64,000 nucleotides of DNA from Callorhinchus milii (lineage: Eukaryota): the NCBI RefSeq assembly GCF_018977255.1, contig NW_024704743.1, positions 71,426,001-71,490,000 on the forward strand. The letters run 5' to 3'. The position numbers and the translations under genes were made by a program. Shown here piece by piece: positions 26,047-38,749 of the stretch. Under the pieces are notes generated by a model that saw nothing but the letters and a program-made list of their open reading frames with translations, had not been told where the DNA came from and searched no databases. Positions within the stretch are counted from its first letter, which is position 1. Every line of letters begins with the position of its first letter.

Positions 26047-29000
26047 TACATTGTAAGCACTGTCTGGCAGGTTACCTGCTGTTTAACCAGCTAGGACCAT
26101 TCCATCCGTTAGGACCTGTAGGGCTATCAGGAGCCGAGTGAGAAGAATCCCAGCTCCAGTCTGCTTCTCCATCATCTCCCATTGAACCAGGCTGGTTGGA
26201 CTGTTGTTTGCAGTGTCCTAGAGTACTGTGGACCCATCTGGCTTAGGAATCAGACTATCAAGGGCACCACAGTTTCCAATATTTCATTGCCAAACCCATT
26301 ACCTTGGAGCCAGCTCAGCCCAAGAAGATCCCGTTTACCCCAGCTCCCCATAAAAGGGTAGTCACTAGTGTCACTTCTCCATAATGGAACACATATAGGG
26401 AAAATATGGGTTTTGGAGTATCCAGCATTGGGGGTGGATGGGTATTAATATTATATTAAAATTGGATCTGTTTTACTTAACCTCATACTAGCTTATATGA
26501 AGGAGCATCCAAGCTATTTCACTAGTGGGTCTGGTGTCATGAAAGCATTTCTTTGTAATATAATAAGACTATTTGATCCGGGATTTCTGCTGCTTGGAAT
26601 AGCTAACAGTGAATGATGTGAGCTGAATCCTATAAAATATGTGATTTATACTTAACAAAAAGTCAATGAAATAAAATGGTTATTATTATTTTAACACATG
26701 GATTGTAATCTACTATTAATAAGCTAAAGAATATAATGAACTGCGGTTGCAAAACACCTTTAAGATCGCATAATCAACCTCTATGGCTTAGTATTCATAT
26801 CATTGTTTGGAAACTTTGCCGTCTCAATTTGATAGGGCTCATGATTTACAAATTCAGGGAGAATTTCACATTTATTATGAGTCATATTGAACTCTCTTCA
26901 CAAGTAGTGTGAACCAGAAAAATGATTTCCCTTCAGTATAATGTGCTTGAAAAAAGACTGGGGGATCTGGGGGAAGCTTTATCTACACTTTTGTCAAGAT
27001 TTGTAATTGATATTGTAAGCCAGTTACAACGGGAAATCAACATTTTCCTGCTTCTTAGGTTAATCAAACATGAGGTATTCCATCATGGTCTAAGTTACCG
27101 GTAAGTTTGAGAGCTCTTTGTAGAATTCTGCAGCGTTGCATTGTGTGTTCAATGCGAATGAGATTCCAGCAGGTAGCTCCAGTCGGGGAATGAGCACCAC
27201 ACAGATGTAGTGGCTGAACGACCATCTTCTATGCTGTAAAATGACTCTTAGAATTTACCACAGGAAAATTAGAGAAAAATCTGCCGTTCTGTTAAACATT
27301 CCAACTGGTTAAGTCGTGGCTTTGGCAGAAGCTAACAGCTGGTTGCCTGCACATCTCCTTGGTCACAAAATGTCACCCAAGGGAGAGCTTGAAGAAAAGC
27401 ATTAATTTCCCCATATTATGTGAAGAGTGAAGGAATATTGAGTTGAATTGTAGGACATGCCTTTGTTTTCCCATATGTTTAATATGCAAATGTAATCACC
27501 TTCCATATGTTCCTCTATTTCTCATGGATAATATAATCACTCAGTGAAATCTATCAAACTTGAATTATTTTAACCATATGTTGTTCGCCTACAAATTTCA
27601 CAGTCACTACACTTTACAGTATATTCCTGTAAAGTCCTTTGAGACGTCCTCCTGACATGAAAAGCATTATATAAAATGCAAGCATTATTATATTGTATTA
27701 TACACTAACAATAGATAATTATTGTAAGAACTGCAATAGACAGATAGAGAGATACATTAAAAAAATTATCAATGAAAGTGAGCCCATCCTCACCCTGATC
27801 CCCTGCCTCCTTTCTCCAGTGAATTAACTTTAAGGTTCCTGTCCTTAGCTTTTAAATGGGCTTGCCCATTGTACTTCAATAATCTTCTGTCACGCTATTC
27901 CCTCAGCACTCCTTCTGGTCCACCACCTCTGACCCAATCCACCCCACCATTGGGAGGGAAGAGCTATTAGTCACTTTGCCCTGTCCACTGGAACTGATCG
28001 CCTCCCTCTCAGCTTCCCATATAAACATTCATCTTTTTTACTGCACTTTAGGCCAGTTCCCCTCTGCCTTTCCTAATTCCCAACAAGATCTCCTATTTAA
28101 TCTTTGTAAAGCACATTGAGACATCCTCTCTCCATGAAAGCTACCATATAAATGCAAATTGTAGTTCTTTATCACATCAAAAAAGGCTTGAATCACTTCA
28201 CTTTGAGTTACTTTGAAGTTAAGCGACTGTTATATAGATTAACACATAAATTGAATGAATGACCCAAATTATTCAGTTTTGCTGCACTTGGAGGGAGTAA
28301 TATTGTCTGGCACAAAAAAGAAAAAAGGATCTTGCTTTTGGGGAGTGACAATTTTATCTGGGGAATTGTCGGCCAGGACACTGGGAGAAACTTCCTTTTT
28401 TTTCAAGCAATGCAATGGGATCTTTAATGTCCACCTGAACAGGCAGACAGGACAGGCAGACAAACAAAGTCCCAACATGTGGCTTGAGTCCGCTTAAAGC
28501 CTGTGTTTTATCTTTTATTCTCATGGATCGAACACTGAATACAAGTTTCATCAGTATTAAATGAACAGTTCATTCCCCCTGCAGTCGATTGCAAGTTGAA
28601 TCATTAACTCTAGCCAGTGCTGTGGCTGAATTCTCAGACCCGAGTTCATTTGAATGTCAATTCTAAACAGGACTAAATGCGCCCATCTAGACCTCTCAGA
28701 CACAGCTGTTCCACCTGTCTTAATTCCCTACAAACCTTTACTGACATTGCACACAGTAATCTTGTTTCCACAAGTAGCCCTAAGCAGGCTATTCCAGATT
28801 TTAATGAAGAAATGTCATTGTGTTGCTTTCCCTCCATTGAGAATCATGTGTAATTTCTCCCCTCAGGAGAAATCTCTCTTTATGTGTTCTTCTGTGTTTA
28901 GTTGGATACCATATTAATGTAAGTGTTAAGTCATTAATTGAAGAACTGGTGGATAGATTAAGTAATGTTCTCTGCATTTGATATACACCTATAACACTTA

Positions 29001-29666
29001 AACATTTCAGCACTTCAGAGTTTCTCTGTCAAGTGTAGTTTATGTCTATTTGTAGGCAAATATATATAAAGTGTGCACAATCTCATTTTTTTTCTTCATT
29101 GTAGATTATATTCTGAATTTTTAAATCAAAAAATTAAACTTTACTGTACAATAAATTGCTTTTCAAACAATGGCTTGGAATTGATGCTCATTTCTATTTG
29201 ATTAGTTAGATTATTGCATTATCCAGTCAAATCCACATAATGAATACCAAGGTTTGTGTTATTAGAAATAAATAAGGAAACATTACAAATTACTTTTATG
29301 GTATTTACTTTATTTTTTGCTTATCCTATCTAAATGGAAGCCAGGTTATTGAGTTGTTTTGCAATATTGTAGGTAAAGAAAATGATTACACTAATTTTGA
29401 CTAATATTAGTTGTGTATTTTGATGATTCATAATAATAAATAATCCTTGCATTTGACATAGCGTCTTTCAGGTCGTCAAGATGTCTCAAAGCGCTTCAAG
29501 AGATTTACTGTAAAGTGATTGTTGACTGTGTATTTTGTGAGCCAAACAATTTTGGTTAGCAAATGATGATAATGATTTGATGTTTTATACTTTAATGACT
29601 TAACAGTAATTTGCTTTGCTTAATCTTTCCACAACATTAACTCTTCACTTTCAATTGTCATTGCAG

Positions 29667-29885
29667 GTTTTGTTCACATTGTTGCCTGTAGTGCATGTGT
29701 ACGCAATCTGTGCCACTGCTCCTCTTGATTTGAAGAAGCAGCAGGGGGCACCCTACTCTTGCCCTGTGTACAAAAAGCCCAGGCGTACAGATCTGACCTA
29801 TATCTTCTCTCTCTATCTGAAAACATTACACAATCCTGATCACTGGACGCTACGAGGAGTGGCTTTACTCTGTGACTCAAAGTAG
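29667..29885 (+). CDS. dnah5l: DNAH5-like terminal coding exon
   Basis: ttgcag|GTT acceptor; VLFTLLPVVHVYAI...YSCPVYKKPRRTDLTYI...PDHWTLRGVALLCDSK-TAG, the canonical gamma-dynein C-terminus. Confidence 0.95.
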   Translation, partial: VLFTLLPVVHVYAICATAPLDLKKQQGAPYSCPVYKKPRRTDLTYIFSLYLKTLHNPDHWTLRGVALLCDSK

Positions 29886-30180
29886 ACACACAATTTGAGC
29901 AGGCGAAATGGGACAGAAACGTATCCAAATATTGTGCTTTTGTGTAATCTTAAATCTTTTTAAAATACCTTGCTGTTGTGCGCATGCATATGTCGGATAG
30001 TGCACAGAGTATATCTATAGGAGATTTGTCAATGCCCTTCATGCGAATATAATTTAAAAATGATATCATTTAAGTGTCTTTAGAATCATTTTTAAAAAGT
30101 CTAAATCATTGTTATGGATACTTTCTTTGAAAAAGGTAATTTCTTTAAAGATGAGCCTGTATGTATACTCTATTACTTTA

Positions 30181-30186
30181 AATAAA
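30181..30186 (+). terminator. Candidate polyadenylation signal of the dynein gene
   Basis: AATAAA ~300 nt after the stop in an AT-rich UTR; alternative ATTAAA at 30257-30262. Confidence 0.45.
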
Positions 30187-33100
30187 TATATCTAGTATAG
30201 TTATTGTACGATAATTTACTTTAGGTTTGAAAATATTTACCTTCCTGAATGATGGCATTAAAACTACTGAGTCAATATTAAAATGAATTCTGGATCACAC
30301 CTGTTCAGTAATTGGTAGCTTTCATTATTTACTATATCGAGTTAAGCCTCTGTGGCAGTCTCGGTAGTCTAGTTCTTGAGCCAGATGCATCCGTAGTACT
30401 CCAGGGCACTGCAGATGATAAACCATCCAGCCAGGCTTGTCGGCAGGCTTGGAGGGACAGACTGGTTCCTGGGAGCAGGGATTCTTCCCACTCAGCTCCT
30501 GTTAACCCTGACAGCCAAAGCCATCATGTGAAGGGTAGCGCTCACAGTACTACAAAAGCACACTGGGGATCCAAAGGCTAACACTCTCTGGAATTAGGTA
30601 AGAAGGACACATTCCTCCAGGGAGAGAGTGTGCATTTCATTCCAGACATGGACATTTTCAGGCATACGTGACATTACATATGTAGAACTCTTTCTAGCTT
30701 AGTTACTGTTAACCACGATGATGGATTTCTGCATGTTTGAGACACCCAACTGAGGCTGACTAAAACATGTATTTAGTGCATCAGCAGAGGTTGGATGTGG
30801 TGGTTAGAATAACAGAATTCTGCATCGCATTTATAGAGTATCAAGTACAATTGAGCAGTGAGTTATCTGGGATCTTCCCTGGAAGATCTTTCTGCTTAAC
30901 ATTTCAGTAGTTCTGCCATGACCATTGCAAATTTAAATATAAATGTACAACAACAACATGCATTTATATAAAGCCCTTCGCGGAGTAACGGGAAGGTTAA
31001 CAATGGCGGAGCTTGACACCAAGCCTGGGAGAGGGAGGAGGTGATTGCAAACATAGTCAAAGTAGAAGGTCCTTGGGTAATCTGAAAAAGGAGGAGGGGG
31101 CAAGGCAGTGGGAGTGAGGGGTATAGTGGCTGAAACCACCGATGGTAGAGCAGAGGGGACGAGGGACAATAAGGAGACCAGCTGAGCGGACAGTTCAGCA
31201 AAATAGGTCACCAAATTTTACAGTAAGCAATTCTATTTCAGGATAGCCTACACATGGTGGACAGTATCTGTTCATACACCCACTATATACAAAGAAATGA
31301 AAGCCATCAGCAGTATGATATACAGCCTTGTCTTTCTATACAGCCAAATACAGTACTGAGGTTATGTGCTCCTGGGAATAAAGAGAAGCCTGGAGACACT
31401 TTATTTGCTGTGAGTGGAAAAGGTTAAGATTTCATTACTTCATAGAACGTGGGTTTTAAATTACTGCACATAGGAAGGTAATATATTCTGTTTCTGCTTA
31501 AGCTCATAAATGTGCTTACAGATCAGTCTGCCCAACCAGATATTCAGTGACTATACTTTCCATATAAATATTCCAGTCACCTCCAAGCAGGACTATGCCT
31601 CCCTCGTCTGCCACCCAAAAGGTTCAGCTCCAACTATTCCCCTTAGTGGGGGGAAGAAGGTAAGTAGGGTCTCCTTGAAGCTGAGCTGGAAGACACTACA
31701 TGTTTCTTGAACCTCCTCCCCCCACCCACCACTATCATTTGCCGAGTCTTCAGCCATTGTGCCATTGCCGCTTGATACTCCCTCCTCAAATCCCTCTACC
31801 TTGGTGATCAATTTTATTTGGGGATTTACTGGCCAACTTCTCTTTTTTTGCATAGTACCATGGGATCATAACGTCCACCTGAACAGGCAGACAGGACCTT
31901 GGTTGAACATGAAGGATGTTAAACTCATTTAAAACTCATGCACTACATATTATGGGGATCCTAATTGTTGTGAGTCATTCTGCTTAATAATGACAGTGGG
32001 GATATTTTTGAGCAACTATGTTACAGTAGGAACACCAAAAAAATCGTAATTGGGTTAAATGATGAATGAGTTCATCGATAATCAATCGTATTAAGCAGAG
32101 CCAGTATGCTAGTTGCTGTAAGACAGTTCTGTGTCTTATTGTCCAACCAGGACAACAATTCAAACAGATGGTTCTGCTCTCGCCTGACATTCTGCTTTTG
32201 ACTTAAAAAAGAGATATGAGCATTTCATGTTTTAAAGCTTTATTCTGTGTGATTTATATGGGCAGATTTGGAAATTGATGACAGTGCTCAATTTGATGCT
32301 CTTGCCTTCCTGAAAAATTCTGGGCCTTGTACTACAAAGTATATAAATATATGCTACTTATTCACGCGCAAGCCTCGACGGTGATCGTCAGCAGGCCAGG
32401 TGAAAAGGTGTTGCAGCCGAAACCCCTCCTATCTTTACTGACCTACATACACTTCCAGCAGAGTCAATGGATCGCAATCAGGACCTGGAGTCCTGCTGGA
32501 ATGTGTTCCCTTTCTGAAGCGAATTATAACACTTGGCGACGACCCAGCTGAGATCAGCTGGCTCAGCACAGGGCAGCAATCCAAACTGCACTTTGGAAGG
32601 TGGTGGTTCAGCTACTCAATGGAAAGTGGGATCTATGGTTTTTCAATAAAAAATTACATTTATGGAGCTCCTTTCCTGTTGGGATGATATCTCAAAGTGA
32701 TTAACCCAGCTAACTGGGAACCTGAGCAGGGTTGTAGGAAGGTGGGTGTGGGGGTTGGGGGCTGAGAGAAGGGGAAAGAGATGGGGTAAAGGGGGGCGAA
32801 AGAGAGAATTCTTAAGGTAGGTATTGAAGACGGGGAGAAAGGAAGTGAAGGGAGGCACTCCAGGATGGATTTGCAGAGAGTGGGGACAGATTGTCTGAAA
32901 ACTTGTCCATCAATATTAGGGCGGATTGGGTGGAGGACATGAAGCAGGCCAGAATTTGGAATAAATATGTTTACCCTTCCTGAAGCTATATCCTGTTCCA
33001 TTAGCATTTAACTGTGAATGTCTTTACTTTTTCTAATCATAATTTATAATTACAGGTTTATACACTGAAATCAATACTCTTAGCAAGAAATTCTGACCTT

Positions 33101-33199
33101 GCTATATGAATTGTATAAAACATTTTACTTTAAAGAAGGCAGTCATTTATGTAATCTGATTTTTTAGTTGATAGAAAATCAGAGGTAATTGATTGATCT

Positions 33200-33410
33200 A
33201 ATCTTACAGCATAAAAGGAGGCCGTTTGGCCCATTGTACCTGTGCCACCTCTTTGAAAGAGTTACCAACTAGTCCCACTCCCCTCTCTTACCCCATAGCC
33301 CTGCAAATGTTTCATTTTTAAGTACCTATCTAATTCCCTTTTCAAAGCTATTATCGAATCTGCTTCCATCAGGTAGGGTGGGGCGAGGCCATTGCAGACC
33401 GTAACAACAA
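33200..33410 (-). mobile_element. CR1 3' end
   Basis: Reverse complement homologous to 17440-17655 (ggctatggggtaagagaggggagtgggact..ctctttcaaagag). Confidence 0.7.
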
Positions 33411-34044
33411 TTATCTTGTGTTTTTTAACATCATAGTGTATACTAACATCTTATGATATAAGCCTGATAATGCTCTGTTTGAGTGGAGAATGGAGACAGA
33501 TATTACAAGCCATGAAATGCTGGATTAGTTTATCTATGGAAATGGAATCCAGCCAAGCCATTTCCTAACAGACTTACTGAAACCTTGATACAGTACCTTC
33601 ATTTTATAACCCTGTGAAGCCCTATCGTAGTTGGACTTTTGTTAACTGGAATACAATTATTTTTTTTGAGTTTTACCATCTGACATTACCATGTAATAAT
33701 AATAATAAGAATCCTTGCATTTGGTTTAGCGTCTTATCACGTCAGAAGGACGTCTCAAAGCGCTTCACAGGAATTATTGTGAAATGAGTGACTGTATTTG
33801 TAGGCAAACATGGCAGCACAATTGAGCACAGCAATGTCCCACCAACAGCCAAAATTGGTAATTCTTTTTAAAATGTAATTTAATATATAATTGCTCGTAT
33901 CTTCTAAAATTATACATCTGTGCAGGGCTCTTCAAACAAAATGGAAGAATCTGTTCTTTACACAGTATCCTGAGAAAATGTCTCTATTTGGAACATGTTT
34001 ACCTATAGAAGGCTTGCCCGGAAATTCAGCATTAATGTAACTGC

Positions 34045-34420
34045 TCCTCCAATAGCTCAGATGGGAAAGTCACTGCTGATGTGAAACTGAGCCATATAGC
34101 CCTGAGTCGAGTTAATTCATCTCAGCTTTGGCATCAGCAAATGCACCACAATTGGCTTCAGTGCCCTTGGGCTAGGAAGGCAAAAATCAGCCGAGGTTCC
34201 TGCTGAAAATATGTATCTGTGAATGTTTGCTGAGGAAAGGATTGGCACAGCTGTGATATTCGCTTTCAGCTGAATACCTGCCAACACTCACTCACAGCCG
34301 TGGTTCAGCCATGAAGAATAAATGCTTGACCTAAAGTACCGAGGGCATCCAGTGTTTACGGACTGCTTGCCCAACCCAAGCCACTGCCTTCAGGGAATGC
34401 TTGAGAAAATTGGACAAGGG
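34045..34420 (+). repeat. Second old SINE-like family (copies near 22440-22680(-), 23790-23935, 32370-32630(-), 42750-43040, 60060-60310)
   Basis: Shared blocks ccaatagctcag.., actgagccata, acaattggcttcagtgcccttgggctagga, catgaagaat, gtaccgaggg. Confidence 0.6.
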
Positions 34421-34639
34421 GGAAACCAATAAAAAATCTGTTAGCAGGAGTTGTGGTACAACACATAAAATGTTCTGAGACGCTACTCTACATGAAGTGT
34501 GCTATATAAATGCAAGTTGTTGTTGTTCATCATGCCTTAATGCCCTGCGCTATCCACCCCACCATTTGGCGGATGAGCTTTCAGGCATTCTGCCCTGCTC
34601 TCTGATAGTCCATTCTGGAGTCATCACCTCATCCCCAGA

Positions 34640-35095
34640 AGAACATAAGAAATGGATGATCTGCAACCTTTGGAGGGAGGAGTTGGGGAGGCCGACAAAC
34701 AAGGAGTTTGCATAGTCGAGCCTGGATGTTATGAATGTGTGGATGAGGGTTTTGGCAGCCAGTGGTGTGAGACAGTGGCAGAGCCAAGCGATGTTGTGGA
34801 GATGGGGAAGGCAGAGCGGGTCATGGCAAGGGTGTGGGGCAGAAAGGACAGTTGAGGGTCAAACAAGACCACAGGTTCTGGACTGGTTTAATAAGGTGGA
34901 GTGTGCAACCATGGATGGTGATGCTGTCAACTGGTGAGGAGGCGCTGACAGGAACCAATCAGGAGAGCCTCGGTCTTGTTGATGTTCAACTGAAGAAAAT
35001 TAGCTCTCATCCAGGACTTGATGTCTGACAGACATTCTGTCAGGACAGCAGTGGTCCTGAAGGGTGGAGGCAGAGAAATGGAATTGGGTGTCATC
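34640..35095 (-). mobile_element. L2 LINE fragment
   Basis: Homologous to 41500-41900 (ggagagc.tcggtcttgttga..tccaactg; gagcctggatgt.atgaatg.gtggatga). Confidence 0.8.
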
Positions 35096-35835
35096 CCACA
35101 GCAATATCACACAGACAGACAGCAGTGAGTGATCGATTTTATTTAGGGGATTTGTTGGCCAGGACACCAGGAGAAACTCCCTTCTCTTTTCGAAAGTAGG
35201 GTGGAATACCATGAATTGTTGTATTTTAAAATATATTTTTCTAATAGAGTGACTGTACCTAAACCTTCAGGCTCTGTTCTAAATGTGTAGAAAGTTCAAA
35301 TGTGACTTAAGTGCTTTTTACCATGTTTGATAGTACTATTCGAGATATTAATTTCTTCATGAAAATTCAGAGCTAATGATGGAGTATTCTATTTTACTGA
35401 AAGTACCATTAGTTAGAAGAAAATATGAAAACGCTTGCGTCAAACGACTTGACATTTCCAAAGGGAAAGTATAATCTGAACTGTTCATTATTTCTGCATT
35501 TGCTGCTCCTGGGGCAGAACGTTCCCCCATCACACAAGCTTTCTATCATGCACAACAGTGCAGATCTAGCTTAATGCATTACGTTCATTTCACTTCAGCG
35601 CAGCCTGAGATAGTGCTTATGCCTATACTGTATTATTAGAGAGGTGCCATTCTCACTACTTGGAGGTGGGAAGGCTAATTGCTCCCATTTTGGTTCAGTT
35701 GGTTCACCTCTGGCTAAGAAAGTCACAGGTTCAAGCCCCATGTCAAGACTTGAGCTGCTAGTCTAAGCTGTTTCTTCAGTGCAGTATTGTCCGAAGCATT
35801 TGTTTTATTATATTTATTATTATTAATAAATCTTG

Positions 35836-36152
35836 TGGAGTCTTGTAGCTCAGTGGTTAGAGCACTCGCTTTGCAAGCGAGAGACCTGAGTTCAATTCCA
35901 GGCAGGGCGAAAGCTTGGGCAAGTGTCCTTACTCCACACGCCTAATAATAATCTCTCCAAAACCCAAGACAATATTAATTGGTCATTTTCAATCTACGAC
36001 TGTTTGTGGGACATTGCTGTGCGCAATTGGCTGCTGCGTTCGCCCCACAAATATACAGTCAATTCACTTTACAGTGTGTTCTGTGAAGCGCTTTGGGACA
36101 TCCTTCCGACGTGAAAAGCGCTATATCAAATGCAAGGATTATTATTATTAAT
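35836..36152 (+). mobile_element. Young tRNA-derived SINE, full length
   Basis: A box TAGCTCAGTGG, anticodon-like stem-loop CTCGC-TTTGCAA-GCGAG, B box GAGTTCAATTCC, Deu-like ctgtttgtgggacattgctgtgcgcaattggctg, (TTA)n tail. Confidence 0.92.
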
Positions 36153-36184
36153 AACTGGGAGAGGTTTCAAAGCACTTTGAAGTA

Positions 36185-36902
36185 AACAACAACAACAACA
36201 AGATTCCATTTATAAAGCGCCTTTCACGTCAGGAGGACGTCCCAAGGCGCTGCACAGTTGGGTCAGGACCCGAGCAGGGGGGAAATGGTCAGGGGAGGGA
36301 GGGAGGGAGCGAGGAGGGGGAAATGGTCAGGGTGAGGGGGGGAAGGGAGGGAGCGAGGAGGGGGAAGAGAGTCGAGAGGGGAGCTGAAGGCTCGGTCAAA
36401 GAGAAAGGTTTTGAGACCGGCCTTGAAGGAGAGGGAGGAAGCAAGGCGAAGGCACTGGGGGATGGAGTTCCAGAGCCTCGGGGCTGAGAGGCTGAAGGCC
36501 CGACCACCGATGGTAGGGCGATTGGGGTGGGGGACGTGGAGCAGACCGGAGCCGGAGGAACGGAGGGTATGGGCAGGTAGGTAGGGGGATAGTAGGTCAG
36601 AGAGGTAGGAGGGAGCGAGGCCATGGATGGCCTTATAGGTGAGGATGAGGATCTTGAAATCAATCCTCTGGGGGATGGGGAGCCAGTGGAGGCGAGCGAG
36701 GGTGGGAGTGATGTGGTCCCGAAGCCTGGTGCGGGACAGTACACGAGCTGCAGAGTTCTGAATGACCTGCAACTTGTGGAGGGAGGTGGCGGGAAGGCCG
36801 GCGAGGAGAGAGTTCCCATAGTCCAGCCTTGAGGTGACAAAGGCGTGGACCAGGGTTTTAGCAGCGTGAGGGGTGAGGTAGTGACGTAGTCTGGCGATGT
36901 TC
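36185..36902 (-). mobile_element. L2 LINE 3' end, best-preserved copy
   Basis: Uninterrupted ORF2 C-terminus NIARLRHYLTPHAAKTLVHAFVTSRLDYGNSLLAGLP...LHWLPIPQRIDFKILILTYKA...GGRAFS..PRLWNSIP; tail agcgccttgggacgtcctcctgacgtgaaaggcgct..(TTG)n. Confidence 0.93.
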
Positions 36903-38289
36903 CAATATAAAATATCCAATGACTGTATGTTATAGGCAAACACAACAGCCAATTTGCAACTAAAGTTTTAGATAAACCTTTAAACCAAGGTCTGTCCTTG
37001 GATGGATATTACAGATCCCTTAAACTATTTGAAAGAGAAGAATCTTTCTCCTAGTGTCATTGATGACAATTCTGCAGATTAATTGGTCATTCACCTCATG
37101 GCTGTTTGTGGACCTTACTGGTGCAAACGACTGCCATGTTTGCCTAAATATCGTCGCTACACTTGTCTGTAACTTCTTTTGAAGCCCTTTGTCGTGACAA
37201 GGCCCAAGAAAAACACAAGTTCTTTATTGAAAAAATGACATAGGAATACATATTTATTTACTTTTGTAAGTATATAATTTTTTCTCCTGGCTTTAAATAG
37301 TAGTCTTTCTGTCTTACGTAGGGCAGCTAGCTTGTTGATTTGTTCCAGGTTGCAATATGGGATTCTCATGAACTGACAAATGGGAAGTATGTGAGAGCAA
37401 ACTGTATTGATTTGCCTCTTGATTTTTTCCCTCCTCCCTGAAGAGATCAAGATCCTGTGTGCTGCCTCACACCGACATAGTACATCAGGGTACTCATCTG
37501 CTGCACCACAGGGCTGCTCCCTTGGACCCTTTATAAAGGCAGTTTCTGTGCTGTGCACAGGAGATTGTGCTAAGCAAAGCATAATTATTTCTAGCCAAGA
37601 TCCCAGTGACACATGGGTATTTAGGTATTTTTGGTAGGAGGCCTCTTACACTGCTGCTCCGAAAATGAGCTGCGGTCGATTGAATTAATATAGCCTGCCC
37701 TATGCTTTAAATGGGAACTTTGACCTAAAGTATCAGTATCAGTCACTGAACAGTAACACAACCTCCTGGATCCTGCTGATTCCCTCGGACTTCCCAACCC
37801 ACAGTTTGCTTTAATCTCTTTGTGATGTAAGCAAATGATTTATATTTTTCATGTAATAAATTAACTGCCAACTGCCAAGTCTGCCAAGCACTAAATCATA
37901 TCTAAGAGGCTTGGATGGGAATATAACGTGATACGACAACGTTAGAACTTTCATTCGACATTTTGGGGCTCTAACGGTAGTTAAGAAATTTAGTATGTCC
38001 CCAGAAGTGCTAGAGACAGACTCCTCCAACATAGCTGCTCCCAGTCCCAACATCCATGAGACTGGGTTGCATTTCAACTGCTAGTCAATGATATTGAAAG
38101 ACTGAAATTGCTTTCACATCAATCATTAGTCAAGTCCTTAATCCAGCTTCACATTAGCATTGAAAAAGATGTTTGCTGTCATTTTGGTGCAGTGCATAGA
38201 GCTGCAGCTTTAAGAGCAAGAGCTCACTGGTTAGTTTCTTGCTCTCAGCCCAGGCTGTGTAAGAATCAACCAGCCTGAACTGTAACTTG

Positions 38290-38640
38290 GCCCCATGCAT
38301 GTCAGTCTGGGCTAAGGGCAGTATTGGGGAATGCTGCACTATCGGAGGTGCCATCCTTCGAATGAGAAATTAAACCCAAATCCTATCTGCTTGTTCATGA
38401 GTACATTAAAGTACTCATGGTGTTATTTAAAAAGAGAAGAGAGTTTCTCCAGATGTTCTAGAAAACAGTCCTTCAGTTAAAAAGTTATATAGTGCTTTCA
38501 TTGTCTGGCCTTTTGCGGCACATTGCTGTGCACAAATCAGCTGCCAGGTTCCCTTACAAATGTACAATCACTACATTGGTAAAGGACTATATAATGCATG
38601 ATGTAAAAATGCACTGCATGATATGGCACTATATAATAAT
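38290..38640 (+). mobile_element. Older Deu-SINE fragment (others near 1-260, 6640-6900, 28130-28500, 36970-37190, 40690-40920, 43580-43750)
   Basis: gcagtattggggaatgctgcactatcggaggtgccatccttcgaatgagaaattaaacc..cctatctgc Deu-domain-like core. Confidence 0.65.
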
Positions 38641-38749
38641 ATACTACATCTGGCAAAGTTTCTTATCACGTCATTGAAACATCTCAAAGCACTTCAGAGG
38701 ATATTTACTGCTTTAATGATAATAATGACATTATTATTAATAATAATGT

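Noticed and set aside
35839..35912. tRNA-Ala(TGC)-like gene (also at ~1480-1555, ~39000-39075, ~49180-49253)
   Set aside because: It continues directly into a multi-copy SINE body and (TTA)n tail, and the T-arm is imperfect in the young copies; these are SINE heads, not tRNA genes.
35915..36151. Recurrent short ORFs ending KRYIKCKDYYY (also 2583, 13328, 19935, 25645, 48917)
   Set aside because: Chance translations of the SINE tail and (TTA)n repeat, not a protein family.
36270..36385. G-rich tandem tract with G-quadruplex potential
   Set aside because: It is the pyrimidine-rich L2 3' UTR on the opposite strand with a small internal duplication, fully explained by the LINE.
37157..37612. 151-aa minus-strand ORF with a signal-peptide-like start
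   Set aside because: Its core HSTETAFIK..DVLC..cttgatctc resembles a decayed L2 RT segment (HSTETALIKV..DIL..LDLS), and it has no credible splice structure.
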